64,000 nt of DNA, taken from assembly GCA_964514585.1 (NCBI GenBank), contig CAZETU010000002.1:65486-129485 (forward strand). The letters run 5' to 3'. Positions 63,143-64,000 of this stretch are shown piece by piece (positions within the stretch are counted from its first letter, which is position 1; each line of letters starts with the position of its first letter). The notes below the pieces were generated by a model. It had not been told where the DNA came from. It saw only the letters and a program-made list of their open reading frames with translations, and made no database searches. A program made the translations under genes and the position numbers. Origin of the DNA: Candidatus Woesearchaeota archaeon. Lineage in GTDB: Archaea; Nanobdellota; Nanobdellia; Pacearchaeales; GW2011-AR1.

Positions 63143-63766
63143 TTAGTCTTCTTTGATTATATTATTTTCTTTGACGGATGTGTCGATGAAGTCAACGAAA
63201 CGCATTATGAGTTCGACTGCGATTATGAACAATAGATAATATGGGATATTGACAAAAAGAGAAGGAATTTCTGTCATTCTTGCAAATAGTGCTTCTACGT
63301 TGAAGAATGCTGGTTTTGTTATTGCAATTGCTAGAAGTGTGAATGGTAGCATTTTGGCTAGGTCTTTGGAAAGGCTTTCGCTGACGTATGATGTGGCTCT
63401 TACTGCTGCGACTAAAGCTGCAGAGATTAAAAGAATAACTTCGATGCTTATTCCTTCTGCTAGTGTTAGGATTAGGATGGCTAGGATGCTGAACCAGAAA
63501 AATGTTAGGACTGGGAGTAGTATTATGTATTCTATAATATAGAAGAATACTGCGAAGAGTTTTACAGTTGCTGGATTTTTGTATTGATTGTATTGGCTTA
63601 GATTAAGTTCGATAATGTTTTTCTTTGCTAGAAATCTGTAGAAGTAGAATACGAAAATGGAATAAACGACGATGACTGCGGTGAAAAATGTGAGAGTGAA
63701 GAGAAGATTCATTTCTCCGACTGGCAATCCTAAAAGACTGCCTATACTTTCCATCGCCTCTGCCAT
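63143..63766 (-). CDS. Polytopic membrane protein
   Basis: 207 aa, five to six hydrophobic helices. Confidence 0.55.
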   Translation of the reverse strand: MAEAMESIGSLLGLPVGEMNLLFTLTFFTAVIVVYSIFVFYFYRFLAKKNIIELNLSQYNQYKNPATVKLFAVFFYIIEYIILLPVLTFFWFSILAILILTLAEGISIEVILLISAALVAAVRATSYVSESLSKDLAKMLPFTLLAIAITKPAFFNVEALFARMTEIPSLFVNIPYYLLFIIAVELIMRFVDFIDTSVKENNIIKED

Positions 63767-63803
63767 GAAGTTTAGAGTTATTAGAAGTTTTTAAAGATTA
63801 ACT

Positions 63804-64000
63804 TTATTCAGCTTTTGGTTCTTCTGCTGGAGCTTCTGGTTTTTCGAAAAGGCTGTCGAATTTTTTCGTGCCTTCTTTTAGAACTTTAGAATTAATTTGA
63901 ACAGTGTCTAGAGAGATTTCTTTTCCTCGGACTGTTTTTCTTAATCGTAATCCCTTTGGTTTTTTGTTGAATTTCTTTTCTCCCTTTGGTTTTTTGTGCA
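63804..64000 (-). CDS. rps6e: Ribosomal protein S6e, C-terminal part (gene runs off the window end)
   Basis: Minus-strand translation ..KGLRLRKTVRGKEISLDTVQINSKVLKEGTKKFDSLFEKPEAPAEEPKAE matches the S6e R.RK.VRG block. Confidence 0.6.
   Translation of the reverse strand, partial: HKKPKGEKKFNKKPKGLRLRKTVRGKEISLDTVQINSKVLKEGTKKFDSLFEKPEAPAEEPKAE

Overview
Low-GC chromosomal segment, about 90 genes, tightly packed with many 4-nt start/stop overlaps. The core machinery is archaeal: aIF2-gamma, Kae1, the L7Ae-S28e-L24e operon, S6e, deoxyhypusine synthase, GatD/GatE, archaeal-type ProRS, and TTTATAAA-type TATA boxes about 25 nt upstream of mostly leaderless starts. Several genes look bacterial: DisA, gyrase, a bacterial-type AspRS and an RRM protein. 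My inference is a small-genome, DPANN-like archaeon. Main blocks: (1) a type IV pilus-like locus at 0.5-11.8 kb; (2) aa-tRNA metabolism genes (aspS, gatE, gatD, gatB, a GatC-like ORF, proS, HIT); (3) a MacB-type ABC transporter; (4) an accessory stretch at 25.6-33 kb with many small membrane proteins and a repeated G-rich upstream motif; (5) an SNF2 ATPase next to a multi-zinc-ribbon protein, sharing a promoter module; (6) a disA plus DHH/DHHA1 pair; (7) gyrB and gyrA separated by two small coupled genes. I found one tRNA (Arg-TCG) and no rRNA, CRISPR array, transposase or integrase. The largest-scale signal is a window-wide strand asymmetry: the + strand is G+T-rich whichever way genes point, which gives + and - genes complementary codon dialects and explains the long spurious antisense ORFs. 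All calls come from reading the sequence and recalling family motifs. No searches were run.
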